NCBI GenBank assembly: GCA_963790025.1
Contig: CAWBMP010000003.1
Coordinates: 160,001 to 224,000, forward strand
Reading direction: 5' to 3'
Length of the DNA stretch: 64,000 bases
Origin: Nitrospirota bacterium
Lineage (GTDB): Bacteria > Nitrospirota > Thermodesulfovibrionia > Thermodesulfovibrionales > Dissulfurispiraceae
In this document: piece by piece, positions 9,727 to 19,255 of the stretch
How positions within the stretch are numbered: the first letter of the stretch is position 1
Layout of the letters: each line of letters starts with the position of its first letter
Notes under the pieces: generated by a model
Database searches by the model: none
The model's input: only the letters and a program-made list of their open reading frames with translations
Told to the model about the DNA's origin: nothing
Position numbers and translations under genes: made by a program

Positions 9727-11112
9727 TCACAAACAGACCTTTGCACGATATAGCGGCTTGCCTTGCATTGCAGTCAGATTGTATGCGCAAAAAGGGATGA
9801 TCCTGTTATCCGGGCTGACCACATGGATAAAACACTCCCGCAGGCGCTCGAGGTCTAAATTCCAGGCATCCTGGAAAGCCATGCCCGATACGCATAATGA
9901 ATACATGTCGACGCGCTCCAAAAAGTCATCCAGGCTGTCGACTTTCATGAATCTCCCGTGGTCCATCGTCCCGTCTCCACCTGCTATAACCTTATTGTAC
10001 CGGCTTGAGGCCCATCGCCTGGCAACGAAAAGTTGTGCCTTTTTGGCCCCATCTGCCGCAGCTTGCGGCTGACAGCAGCCAACATGTCTTTCCTTCTTCA
10101 ACGACCTTAACTCCCCGTTCTCCATAAGTACAAAGCTCCCGCTAAAGGAGCAATAGGCGTTCTCAGCTGCCGGAGGATGGAAATCGTTAACCTTCATCCT
10201 GCCATGTGTTTGGAGTTCGATTTCACTGATGACCTCGGGAATCGTAATGCGGTCTGAATCGGCGGGTACTTTCGGGTATCTGCCAAAATAACTGATTGGC
10301 TGGAAATGAACTCCCTTTACCACGTGCATCCTCGCGATCGCATACTCTATAATCCTGCCGATGTCCCCGGTATTGATTCCGGGAACCAAGGTAGGCACAA
10401 GTACTACACCTAGTTGATGCGCAGCGCAATTTGAAATAGCTGCATCCTTTACGTCAAGGAGGGCCCTGCCGCGTATTTTCTTATATATAACGTCGGCAGT
10501 ACCGTCGAACTGGAGGAAGACGCATCCAAGTCCGGCCTCTTTGAGACTTCTCACATAACCCGAATCCTCGGACAGACGGAGGCCGTTTGTATTGAGCTGA
10601 AAAAAACTGAAACCCAGAGACCTTCCCACGGCTATTATTTCCGGCAGGTCGTCCCGCAGAGTCGGCTCACCGCCTGACAGCTGGATGTTATAAGGCCCCC
10701 CGCTGTCCAGTAGCATCCGGTACCAACTTTCGATTGTCCTCACATCCGGATCGTTGTCTTCACTTCCGGCTGAGGCAAAACAGACGGGGCAGGTCAAATT
10801 GCATCGTTGAGTAATCTCGATGAGGACGCAACAAGTGTGCTGGCGATGGTCAGGGCACAGGCCGCAGTCAAAAGGGCACCCGTGTTGTACTTTCGTCGCA
10901 CATACTGGAGGCTGGGACGGTGGTTTGGATACGGACCAGGATTTGTAAGAAGGTTGTCCGCGCCAGATGATTGACATGAAGCTGCCATGGTCTGGACAGG
11001 ACTTATCTAAATAGACATCTTCACCTATCGCAACCCGCCTTGCTTCGATGCGTTTCAGACACGCCGGGCAGAGGCTCTCGGTTATCCCTATTACCTCCCA
11101 TTCCCTGACCAT
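9727..11112 (-). CDS. trsS: radical SAM protein TrsS (Cys form)
   Basis: CNLTCPVC radical SAM motif, N-terminal CPAC...CPDH and CPFDCGLCPDH, C-terminal FQDAWNLDLERLRECFIH...PFCAYN. Confidence 0.8.
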   Translation of the reverse strand: MVREWEVIGITESLCPACLKRIEARRVAIGEDVYLDKSCPDHGSFMSIIWRGQPSYKSWSVSKPPSQPPVCATKVQHGCPFDCGLCPDHRQHTCCVLIEITQRCNLTCPVCFASAGSEDNDPDVRTIESWYRMLLDSGGPYNIQLSGGEPTLRDDLPEIIAVGRSLGFSFFQLNTNGLRLSEDSGYVRSLKEAGLGCVFLQFDGTADVIYKKIRGRALLDVKDAAISNCAAHQLGVVLVPTLVPGINTGDIGRIIEYAIARMHVVKGVHFQPISYFGRYPKVPADSDRITIPEVISEIELQTHGRMKVNDFHPPAAENAYCSFSGSFVLMENGELRSLKKERHVGCCQPQAAADGAKKAQLFVARRWASSRYNKVIAGGDGTMDHGRFMKVDSLDDFLERVDMYSLCVSGMAFQDAWNLDLERLRECFIHVVSPDNRIIPFCAYNLTAMQGKPLYRAKVCL

Positions 11113-11114
11113 AC

Positions 11115-11741
11115 TTACAATTCCTTCTTGATACAGCGCTGATCATAGATCACACGTATTTCCGAATAGTCCTCCGGTGTATCGATGTCCAGCAATATCC
11201 CCTTGTCATCCACATCGACCTCGCGGGCTTCTGTCTCATGCCGGGCCAATAAAGATTGCAGACCATCGGGTCCTCTCCAGGACAGTATCTCATGGAACAG
11301 GGTTGAGGGTATCAAAGGCGGGTGCCCGTGTCGGTCCATAAAAGTAGGATAAAATACATAAGCCCCCAACTCTCTATAGGCCCTAATGATTTTTTTCACG
11401 GTAAGACTTTTTACCAGAGGCATGTCAACCGGCAATAAAAAGACGCCTTTAACTCCCGGCCCAAGTGAGCGCAATCCGGCGACAACTGACGAGAACATCC
11501 CTTCGTTATACTTTTCGTTGAATACCCAGCGGACATGCAAGGGGTCCAGCACCGGTTTCAAGTCATCGGCCCGATGTCCAAGGACAACCGTTATATCGTT
11601 TATACCTGCCTGCCGGAAGATCCCGATAACAATTTCAATTACAGTTAAGTTACCCAGCGGCAACAAAGGCTTGAAATCAGACATCCGCGATGAATAGCCG
11701 GCAGCTAATACTATGGCGCTTAAATCCTCTTCGACAACCAT
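11115..11741 (-). CDS. molybdenum cofactor cytidylyltransferase-like NTP transferase (MocA/DVU_1551 family)
   Basis: IVLAAGYSSRM, PVDMP, GHPPLI, DIDTPEDY; adjacent to XdhC and Mop (an MCD enzyme). Confidence 0.85.
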   Translation of the reverse strand: MVVEEDLSAIVLAAGYSSRMSDFKPLLPLGNLTVIEIVIGIFRQAGINDITVVLGHRADDLKPVLDPLHVRWVFNEKYNEGMFSSVVAGLRSLGPGVKGVFLLPVDMPLVKSLTVKKIIRAYRELGAYVFYPTFMDRHGHPPLIPSTLFHEILSWRGPDGLQSLLARHETEAREVDVDDKGILLDIDTPEDYSEIRVIYDQRCIKKEL

Positions 11742-12781
11742 TTCTCTTTTTCAGCCCTCACCTTGATCAGTTCACCGACAATGCTCACGGCAAGTTCCTC
11801 GGGAGTCTCAGCGCCTATATCAGTGCCTATCGGGCAATAGACACGGTCAAAATCCTGCCTGCTGAACCCCTCACCGGCAAGGGCTTCGAATATCTTGTCC
11901 CTTTTTCTCCTGCTTCCGATCATACCGATATATCCTGCCTTAGTCTCCAATGCCCGGGCAAGGACCGTCTTGTCATGAAGGTGTCCCCTAGTAACAATGA
12001 CTATGTAACTGTCCTCGTCAATCGGCAGTTCTGGAAGTCTGTCGAAAGACTCCAGCAAGATGACTTCTGACGGCACCGGAAACCTTTCACGGTTTGCGTA
12101 TTCGGAGCGATCATCCATAACAACCGTCCTGAAACCGACACTCTCGCTCAGGGGCGCGACTTTTTGTGATACATGGCCCGCACCTAAGATGTAGACCGTG
12201 CCGGCATTGCGAAGCGGCTCTACCAGAACTTTTTGATTGCCGAGTGCCTGAGTGTGGATAAAAATACCGTCCGGTTCTGCAATAAGTCTGGAGAGCAATT
12301 GGGGATCGCCGTCGAATCCACCGATGAGTCTTCCGTCCTGCTTTAAAAGACATTGCCGGATATCAGGATTTTGCTGGCTGCCCAGCTTTGTAAGCAGCCA
12401 TCCCTTTCCCTTCCGCTCCAGTATTGCCGCAGCCTCTCTGTAAATAAGCGCGCTGGTCTCATCAGAGCCGTCGATGAAGTCCAGCAACACCTGGCCTTGC
12501 CCTCCGCACATCATATCCATGCCCGAAACATCTTCGCCCGTAAGTTTAAAGGACAATATAACCGGCTGTCCGGAAATCAATACCTTTCTCGCAACCTCAA
12601 TGGCATCGGCCTCCAGACGTCCGCCACCGATAGTACCCCTGATTTCACCATTCATCCTGACCAGCATCCTGGCGCCCGAAGTGCGGGGAGCAGAACCGGA
12701 TTGATCGAAAATGACGGCAACCACAAAACTTTCCCCTTTGTCAAGAAGGTCCGCCATTTCCCGGAATAATTTTTTCATCAA
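11720..12781 (-). CDS. XdhC-family aldehyde oxidoreductase maturation factor
   Basis: GSAPR, GTIGGG, MCGG, GAGHV, TRGHLHD, YIGMIGSRRK, PIGTDIGAETPEELA. Confidence 0.92.
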   Translation of the reverse strand: MMKKLFREMADLLDKGESFVVAVIFDQSGSAPRTSGARMLVRMNGEIRGTIGGGRLEADAIEVARKVLISGQPVILSFKLTGEDVSGMDMMCGGQGQVLLDFIDGSDETSALIYREAAAILERKGKGWLLTKLGSQQNPDIRQCLLKQDGRLIGGFDGDPQLLSRLIAEPDGIFIHTQALGNQKVLVEPLRNAGTVYILGAGHVSQKVAPLSESVGFRTVVMDDRSEYANRERFPVPSEVILLESFDRLPELPIDEDSYIVIVTRGHLHDKTVLARALETKAGYIGMIGSRRKRDKIFEALAGEGFSRQDFDRVYCPIGTDIGAETPEELAVSIVGELIKVRAEKEKWLSKRI

Positions 12782-12802
12782 GATTCCACCGATAGCTTTA
12801 TT

Positions 12803-13252
12803 TCAGCGGGCCTGACCGAAGTCATAATTGTTGGCCCCCAGTATTTCTTTCACCTTTTGGACCGTTGCGAGCAGTATCTCAGGACAGCGCGACAGCCGGT
12901 TGCGGGGGTCGTCCTGAAGGATATCGGAGCAGTTGGTCCCTCCGTACCTGGATTGGTATTCCTTCTCAAACCATTCCACAAGCTCGCTCATCATGAGGTA
13001 AAGACGGCTGTCCGCTTCTTCATCCGGCTTTCCCTTTCCAGCATAGAGTCCGATCAGACAGGCGCCGCCGGTAAGAGTTCCGCATATCTTTCCGCAAAAT
13101 CCGACGCCGCCAAGCAGCCCCGACATGGCCCTTACCAGGTCCGGGTTGCTCTTCCCCTGAGCTTCCAGGGCCATAATGATCATGATCTGGCTGCAATAGA
13201 AGCCCTGCTGAGACAGCTCCAACATACGGATGAAATCGTCATTCATTTGCAC
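12803..13252 (-). CDS. C-GCAxxG-C-C family redox protein (DVU_1555-like)
   Basis: GFYCSQ, ICGTLTGGAC, NCSDI, C-terminal Cys. Confidence 0.8.
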   Translation of the reverse strand: MQMNDDFIRMLELSQQGFYCSQIMIIMALEAQGKSNPDLVRAMSGLLGGVGFCGKICGTLTGGACLIGLYAGKGKPDEEADSRLYLMMSELVEWFEKEYQSRYGGTNCSDILQDDPRNRLSRCPEILLATVQKVKEILGANNYDFGQAR

Positions 13253-13261
13253 GTTATCCTG

Positions 13262-13909
13262 TTATGTGTCCTTTCGGGCAATAAGGAGAAAATAGCTGAG
13301 ACAAGCCTGTTTCAAGGTCTTCAGGTCCGACAGCCCTTCAAAGGAACCATGCTCCATGATCATCCGAAAAACAAATTCCTTCAGCACATGACAATGGTCT
13401 TCCCAAAGCTCAATAGTAAAGCCCCTGCGGGCCAGCTTGCCTGTCAGACTCTCCTCTGTCATTATACCCGACATACAAAACGGAAGCTGCATGTTATGAA
13501 TTAAGTTTATCGCACAGGTGTCACGTGAGTAAACATCGGTCACGACAAGTTTGCCGCCCTGACGCAATGCACGGTTGAATTCGGCCAGGACACGGTCCCT
13601 GTCAGGCAGCACAGAGAGTGTGCATTCTGCCAGAATGCCGTCTAATGAGGCCGAAGCAAACGGCAGTTTTTCAGCTACACACCGGACAAGCGGCAACTCA
13701 GGGTTGCGCCGAATGCCGCGCTTCAATGGAACCTCGGCACAATCGATGCCGATCGCATCAAGGCACGATTCCTGCCGAAGAAATTCTACGCTTTCTCCAG
13801 CGCCACACCCTATATCAGCTACCACGGCACCAGCTTTGAATGAGCAATACCTGATTGCCCTAGCCGTCAACGCAAGCCCGCCAGGACGCATAATATCGGT
13901 GGTAATCAT
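13262..13909 (-). CDS. trsM: class I SAM methyltransferase (DVU_1556/TrsM family)
   Basis: RPGGLALT, DIGCGAG, LAECTLS, C-terminal YFLLIARK. Confidence 0.75.
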   Translation of the reverse strand: MITTDIMRPGGLALTARAIRYCSFKAGAVVADIGCGAGESVEFLRQESCLDAIGIDCAEVPLKRGIRRNPELPLVRCVAEKLPFASASLDGILAECTLSVLPDRDRVLAEFNRALRQGGKLVVTDVYSRDTCAINLIHNMQLPFCMSGIMTEESLTGKLARRGFTIELWEDHCHVLKEFVFRMIMEHGSFEGLSDLKTLKQACLSYFLLIARKDT

Positions 13910-14118
13910 TTGTCTTCCAGCGCCTGTTCCACTTGCAGCATCTTTCCGACAGCCAGTTCCTCAGGTACAAATACAGTGCCGCAAACAGGACATATCGACA
14001 ATTCAACAGGGAATTCACTTCCAAGGTATGAAACCGTCACCTTCCCGGGCATAAGCTCCTTGCCGCACTTTAGGCAAGTCAACTCAGGTCCCGGCGAAAG
14101 GATATTATCTTCGCTCAT
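13906..14118 (-). CDS. small CxxC...CxxC redox protein (DVU_1557 family)
   Basis: CLKCG...CPVCG, C-terminal GKMLQVEQALEDK. Confidence 0.8.
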   Translation of the reverse strand: MSEDNILSPGPELTCLKCGKELMPGKVTVSYLGSEFPVELSICPVCGTVFVPEELAVGKMLQVEQALEDK

Positions 14119-14405
14119 TTAACGATTCCCTCAATCACTTCCATCCTGTGGCTGTATGCGTTGTGAATTATAAAGCCGGAATCGTTAGGAGAATATTCCA
14201 CCCAGTAGGTCACACTTACAGGCCTGTAATGGGCGATGAAACGGCCGGTTGCAGCGTTGAGAATCTTCTCGCCCGTGCTCTCCGCGTGGCGTATTACCTT
14301 TTGTATGTCCCCGACCAGAATCATCCTTGACTCCAGCAAATCCGACACCTCAGGAGATATATAAAGTTCTATGGATTTCTCTTCTTCAGACACCCTTTCC
14401 CCCAC
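14115..14405 (-). CDS. probable C-terminal domain of the upstream FAD/dicluster oxidoreductase, in a different reading frame
   Basis: VTYWVEY...HNAYSHRM motif; overlaps the end of the upstream ORF at a G5 run. Confidence 0.6.
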   Translation of the reverse strand: MGERVSEEEKSIELYISPEVSDLLESRMILVGDIQKVIRHAESTGEKILNAATGRFIAHYRPVSVTYWVEYSPNDSGFIIHNAYSHRMEVIEGIVK

Positions 14406-16465
14406 AGTTCCCTCAAGAGTTGAATTTTCAGTTTGGCGCGATTTTCATGGCGCTGCGAAAAGCCCGGGCCTTTTCTTGCAGCGGGGTCGTCCCGGTTGAC
14501 CGGATCAGGGGCCCAGATCAGATCGAGGATGTGAAGGGCACGCTTACCCCTGGACGAAAAATTGTCCCGGCACATGGCGCAATACGTTATATAGTCGCGG
14601 TCGCTTTCCCCTATTCTTCGTTTGACCACCTTATCTGCAACCAGAGGATTGGCAAAAGACATAAGGCCCCCATAACCGCAACAAGTGGTCAAATGCCGAT
14701 TGTGGCCCAACTCCTCCACCCGAACCCCGAGTTTTCCAAGGATGCAGCGTATTTCCCCCTGTATCGCTTCATCGTATCTGGTAGAACAGGTGTCATGAAC
14801 AGCAACCTCCTGAGGCGGTGTTTCAGGTCCTGACCGTGGCAGTTTGCTCACTGCCAGGATAGACCAGAGAGTTTCCACCTCGGCATCCTTCAAGCGGTCT
14901 CTGAACACCCGGTGGCAGCTCGAACAAGCGGTGATTATGCGTGGAGTTCCCAGCTGCCGCCAAGTTTCGACAAAGGCGCCCATAGTCCGACCGAACAAGT
15001 CCTCTTCACCGGCCCATTCTGCGGGAGCACCGCAGCATCCTAGGACAAGCCCTACTCCACCCCTGATATTTTGCCGCAGATATTCATATACCTTTACCAC
15101 CTGCTGAGGCGATGATGCACTCAACTGGCACCCCGGGAAGAAGACGGCACTGCTGGATGAGAAACCCGGTTGATGTCGCGCAAGGGTAAAGGCCCCGCTA
15201 TTGCTGAAGGCCATGTCCCTCAGCGCAAAATCATGGGCCGAGGCAGGCATTTTCCCTTTCTGTACCATGCTCTGCCTGGCGTCCAGGCAGAGCATGGCCA
15301 TATTCAGGGACACCGGACATACGGCCTCGCAGAGACTGCAGAGTGCGCATGTATTTACCATGCGATTGGCGTGGTGCATTCCCATGATGATGGAGTCGTT
15401 ATTGTAGATTTCTCTCACATACCTCTTGGGATATGAGCCATAATGGGCGAGATACTCGCACACTTTCACACATTCGAGACACTGGCAGTTCAGGCAGCGA
15501 CGCGCCTCGGCTTCCGCTTCTTCGCGGCAGTAGCCCTGCATGCTGTTTTGCATCGGAACTGAGGTAAGCGGTCCGGTCCCCTTAGTATCGGTGTACAACT
15601 GCGTAACGTAGGGGCCCTCGAAAGCGCGGCCCGCGGTCAGGGAAACCCCCTGAAGAAGGCGATCAATCGAAACGGCTGCCAGTCTTCCATCGGAGATCGA
15701 CGTAATCGGTGAGAATTTTAAGTCGCCATAGCGCTGACTACCACCGGAGAATACCTTGCTATTGCTGGTAGCATAAGAGATTGGAGCTATTATGATACGG
15801 CCATCCGGCCCGAGATCAAGATTCAGGCGCAGACCATGAACCGCAACAGGTCCCGGTCCAATATAAACCGCGTCGAATTCGGCAACGATGGAATCAAACG
15901 ATATCCCTTTTCCGGATTCGTTGCTCACTTGGCTGTCCAAGTGAATGACGACCTCCAGGCCTTCGAAAACAACCAGATCCGAGTCTATCAACTGCTGCGG
16001 CAGGGTTTGTCCGTGAATGTTCCTTAAGCATCCGCCAAGTCGGCTGCCCGACTCGAAGATTTCGACCTGATATCCTTTGGAAGCAAGATCGAAGGCAGCT
16101 GTCAAGCCGCTGAGTCCGGCGCCGACTACAGCAACCTTCTTGTCCTTTTTTTGCAAATGTCTGATCTTCGCGGAAGTCCTCTCTCCATAGTCAATGCAGG
16201 CCCTCTCAAGGGCATTGATCATAATGGCTTCTCCCGCCTCGTTTCGCTTGCAGGCAACCTGACAGGGATGGTCGCATATCCTGCTTATGATGCCGGGAAA
16301 GGGCACAGTCTTACTAAAGATAGCAAAACCTGCGGAGTAGTCTCCCTTGCGTATACATTCGATCATGCCCCTGGCATCTACGTGTGCCGGGCATGTGGCA
16401 GTGCATTCAGGCGGCCACTCCTGAATGCACTGGGACTCGCGTTCTCTCGCGCGCTTATGGTCCAT
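14369..16465 (-). CDS. pyridine nucleotide-disulfide oxidoreductase / 4Fe-4S dicluster / CCG-domain protein (DVU_1558-like)
   Basis: CTATCPAHVD, RICDHPC, VVGAGLSG, CLNCQCLECVKVC, CALCSLCEAVCP, two CCG motifs. Confidence 0.85.
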   Translation of the reverse strand: MDHKRARERESQCIQEWPPECTATCPAHVDARGMIECIRKGDYSAGFAIFSKTVPFPGIISRICDHPCQVACKRNEAGEAIMINALERACIDYGERTSAKIRHLQKKDKKVAVVGAGLSGLTAAFDLASKGYQVEIFESGSRLGGCLRNIHGQTLPQQLIDSDLVVFEGLEVVIHLDSQVSNESGKGISFDSIVAEFDAVYIGPGPVAVHGLRLNLDLGPDGRIIIAPISYATSNSKVFSGGSQRYGDLKFSPITSISDGRLAAVSIDRLLQGVSLTAGRAFEGPYVTQLYTDTKGTGPLTSVPMQNSMQGYCREEAEAEARRCLNCQCLECVKVCEYLAHYGSYPKRYVREIYNNDSIIMGMHHANRMVNTCALCSLCEAVCPVSLNMAMLCLDARQSMVQKGKMPASAHDFALRDMAFSNSGAFTLARHQPGFSSSSAVFFPGCQLSASSPQQVVKVYEYLRQNIRGGVGLVLGCCGAPAEWAGEEDLFGRTMGAFVETWRQLGTPRIITACSSCHRVFRDRLKDAEVETLWSILAVSKLPRSGPETPPQEVAVHDTCSTRYDEAIQGEIRCILGKLGVRVEELGHNRHLTTCCGYGGLMSFANPLVADKVVKRRIGESDRDYITYCAMCRDNFSSRGKRALHILDLIWAPDPVNRDDPAARKGPGFSQRHENRAKLKIQLLRELWGKGCLKKRNP

Positions 16466-16477
16466 CTTGATCTCAGC

Positions 16478-19222
16478 TTAATTCTTCTTGCCTTTGGCAT
16501 CCAAAGCAGCCTTGATCACCTCCGGCCTTGCCGGCACACTGGTTATTCGGGCACCGCAGGCGTTATAAATGGCGTTCAGTATCGCCGGATGAGGGGCTGT
16601 CAACGGCGCCTCTCCCACACCGGCTGCGCCGTATGGTCCCAGTGGCCTCGACGTAACATTGTAAATGATCTGAAAATCATCCGGCACATCTTTAGCGTAG
16701 GGCAAGCCGCAGCCCATCAGGGTCGTGTGTTTCTTCAGGTCCTCGAAGTCTTCGCTGAGGGCCAGGCCGATGCCCTGTGCTATGCCTCCATAGATCTGTC
16801 CGTCAACCGTGGCCTTATTGATGACAGTGCCGATATCGGTGACAGTCGTGAACTTGACGACTGTGGCCTTGCCGGTCTTCATATCTACTTCGACTTCCGG
16901 CATAAACAATTCATACATGTAGACCGCGAACGGACTTCCCTGACCTGTTTCACTGCTGCAGGCCGTGCATGCGGCCGCTGCCCATTTGCCGTTGTATCGA
17001 AGCGGAATCTTTTCCGCAACCATTTCGTCATAGGTGCGGTACATTCCGTCGCCTTTGCGCATCGCATTAAGCAGCATGTCACAGGAAACCTTTAACGAAT
17101 TGCCGGTTATAACGGTGCTGCGGCTTCCGCCCGCAGGGCCGCTGTTTGGGCAAGTAGCGGTATCGTTCATGCGAAGCCTGATCTGCCCAGGGCTGAGGCC
17201 GAGAGGCTTGAGGGTCTCGTGGACAAAGGTCAGTGATCCGATGTCCGCGCCTTGACCGTGATCTTCCCAAGTGTTCAGTACAAGCACTCCGTCCGGAGTA
17301 AGTTCTACAGCAGCCTCCGAACCATCCGGACCGTCGAGGCCACATCCGTAGATGCCGAGGGAGATGCCGACTCCGCGTTTCTTGTCAGAGGTGGAGAGTT
17401 CCATGCATCTCTTCTTGGCCTCTTTATACAGTGGACGCAGTTTGTCGAACATAGCTTCAAGACAATAAACATCAGGCTGACAACCGGTAGGAGTGGTGTC
17501 TCCAGGGCGATAAATATTCTTGTAGCGAAGTTCGAATGGATCTATCCCCATCTTTTCGGCAAGTTCGTCCATCAATATCTCTGAGGCCAGGAATGATTGC
17601 GGAGAACCGTAGGCCCTGAACGCCGATCCCCAGGCATGGTTGGTGCAGACCGTGCGGCCCTTGCCGCGGATGTTGGGGATGTTATATCCTGCGCCAATGA
17701 ACTGCGCCTGGCGAACCGTCAGCAGGTCTCCGAACTCGGAGTAAGGACCATGGTCTATAGTCCAGTCGCTCTCCATGGCAATCAACTTCCCGTCCTTGTC
17801 CGCGCCGAACTTAAGTTTGACGAATCCCGGCGAGCGCTTGCCGGTATAGGTGATGTGCTGAAACATCGAATAGGTCAGTGAGACCGGCTTGCCGGTCGCC
17901 ATACAGGCGACGCCGAGAAGTGCCTCCATCGTCGGGCTGAATTTGTAGCCGAATGTGCCGCCGGTCGGGTTTTGGATAATTCGCAGTTTTTCGGGCTCAA
18001 TGCCCAGTCCGGGACATATCATTGCATGGTGGAGAAATATGCCGATGCTCTTGGACTGGATGGTCAGACGGCCCTCTTCGTCGAAATAGGCGCAACCGCA
18101 ATCCGGTTCCATGGTGAGGTGGGGCTGGCGGCTGCAATAGAATTCGTCTTCGACAACATAAGCAGCCTTCAACATCAGAGGCTTCGTATCGTCGCCTTTT
18201 ACTATCCCCTGCTCGTAGTAAACATTGGGAGTGCCGGGATGTATCTCCATGGCATCCGGGGCCATGGCCGCCGGGGCACTCATATATGCCGGAAGGGCCT
18301 CAAGATCGACCTTCACCTTTTTAGCAGCAGCGTCGGCATTCTCCTGAGTGTCGGCGCAGACAATGGCTATTGCATCTCCGTACTGGAAGACCTTGTCCTT
18401 GCACAGGATAGGACGGTCCCAGCCGTCGCCCTTGTTGGACGGGAAGGTAATCAGACCAGTAATAGCGTTCTTGCCTTTCACATCTTTGTGCGTGACTATC
18501 TTGTATACGCCGGGCATGTTTTCGGCCTCCGACGTGTCTATGCCTTTGATGTTCGCATGGGAAACTTCTGCCTGTACGAGGGCCAGTCGCAGAGTATCGG
18601 GAGGCATCTGCAGCGCCACATCGTCGCCGTAATCCCATGTGCCTGTAACTTTTGCAATTGCCGACGGACGCTCATAGGTCGAGCCCATGATGCTTCCATC
18701 CTTGCCGGGCTTGAATAGGAGGTCCTCCTTCTTCAACTCACCTCTCAGCACCCTGGCTGCGTCCATGACTGCATCTACGAGCGGCTTATAGCCCGTGCAG
18801 CGACAGGCATTCCTGTGATTCTGGAACCAGTCGCGCACATCTCCCCGCGTCGGGCTGAGGTTTGTATCCAGCAGGGCCTTGGCAGACATTATGAAGCCGG
18901 GGCTGCAGAAACCACACTGGGCCCCGCCGTGGGCCATCCAGGCCACCTGCAGCGGATGCAGGTTGTCCTCTGTTCCAAGTCCATCTATAGTCAATATCTC
19001 AGCAAAATCCTGCACTGTTTTCATCTTGACGACACACGACCTTACGAGCTTTCCGTCCAGGATGATCGAGCAACATCCGCACTGGCCATGACCGCAGCCT
19101 ATCTTACAGCCTGTCAAAAGCATCTGCTGCCGCAGTACGTTGGCCAGAGATTTCTCCGGATCGACTACCAAAGACCTGGCTACACCGTTGACCTTCAGGA
19201 TCTTTCTCAGCATGTTTTTCAC
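16478..19222 (-). CDS. mop: molybdopterin-dependent aldehyde oxidoreductase (Mop type, 2x[2Fe-2S] + MCD)
   Basis: GCGHGQCGCC, QCGFCSPG, CRCTGY, GGTFGYKFSPT, AFRAYGSPQ, GPAGGSR, GVGE; single-chain architecture of Desulfovibrio Mop. Confidence 0.93.
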   Translation of the reverse strand: MKNMLRKILKVNGVARSLVVDPEKSLANVLRQQMLLTGCKIGCGHGQCGCCSIILDGKLVRSCVVKMKTVQDFAEILTIDGLGTEDNLHPLQVAWMAHGGAQCGFCSPGFIMSAKALLDTNLSPTRGDVRDWFQNHRNACRCTGYKPLVDAVMDAARVLRGELKKEDLLFKPGKDGSIMGSTYERPSAIAKVTGTWDYGDDVALQMPPDTLRLALVQAEVSHANIKGIDTSEAENMPGVYKIVTHKDVKGKNAITGLITFPSNKGDGWDRPILCKDKVFQYGDAIAIVCADTQENADAAAKKVKVDLEALPAYMSAPAAMAPDAMEIHPGTPNVYYEQGIVKGDDTKPLMLKAAYVVEDEFYCSRQPHLTMEPDCGCAYFDEEGRLTIQSKSIGIFLHHAMICPGLGIEPEKLRIIQNPTGGTFGYKFSPTMEALLGVACMATGKPVSLTYSMFQHITYTGKRSPGFVKLKFGADKDGKLIAMESDWTIDHGPYSEFGDLLTVRQAQFIGAGYNIPNIRGKGRTVCTNHAWGSAFRAYGSPQSFLASEILMDELAEKMGIDPFELRYKNIYRPGDTTPTGCQPDVYCLEAMFDKLRPLYKEAKKRCMELSTSDKKRGVGISLGIYGCGLDGPDGSEAAVELTPDGVLVLNTWEDHGQGADIGSLTFVHETLKPLGLSPGQIRLRMNDTATCPNSGPAGGSRSTVITGNSLKVSCDMLLNAMRKGDGMYRTYDEMVAEKIPLRYNGKWAAAACTACSSETGQGSPFAVYMYELFMPEVEVDMKTGKATVVKFTTVTDIGTVINKATVDGQIYGGIAQGIGLALSEDFEDLKKHTTLMGCGLPYAKDVPDDFQIIYNVTSRPLGPYGAAGVGEAPLTAPHPAILNAIYNACGARITSVPARPEVIKAALDAKGKKN

Positions 19223-19255
19223 CTCATTATCAAAATAACAGCGGCTTATGCCGTT

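Noticed and set aside
9727..14118. Selenocysteine readthrough in TrsS-cluster genes
   Set aside because: The ORFs appear full length with Cys at the motif positions; no in-frame TGA is needed.
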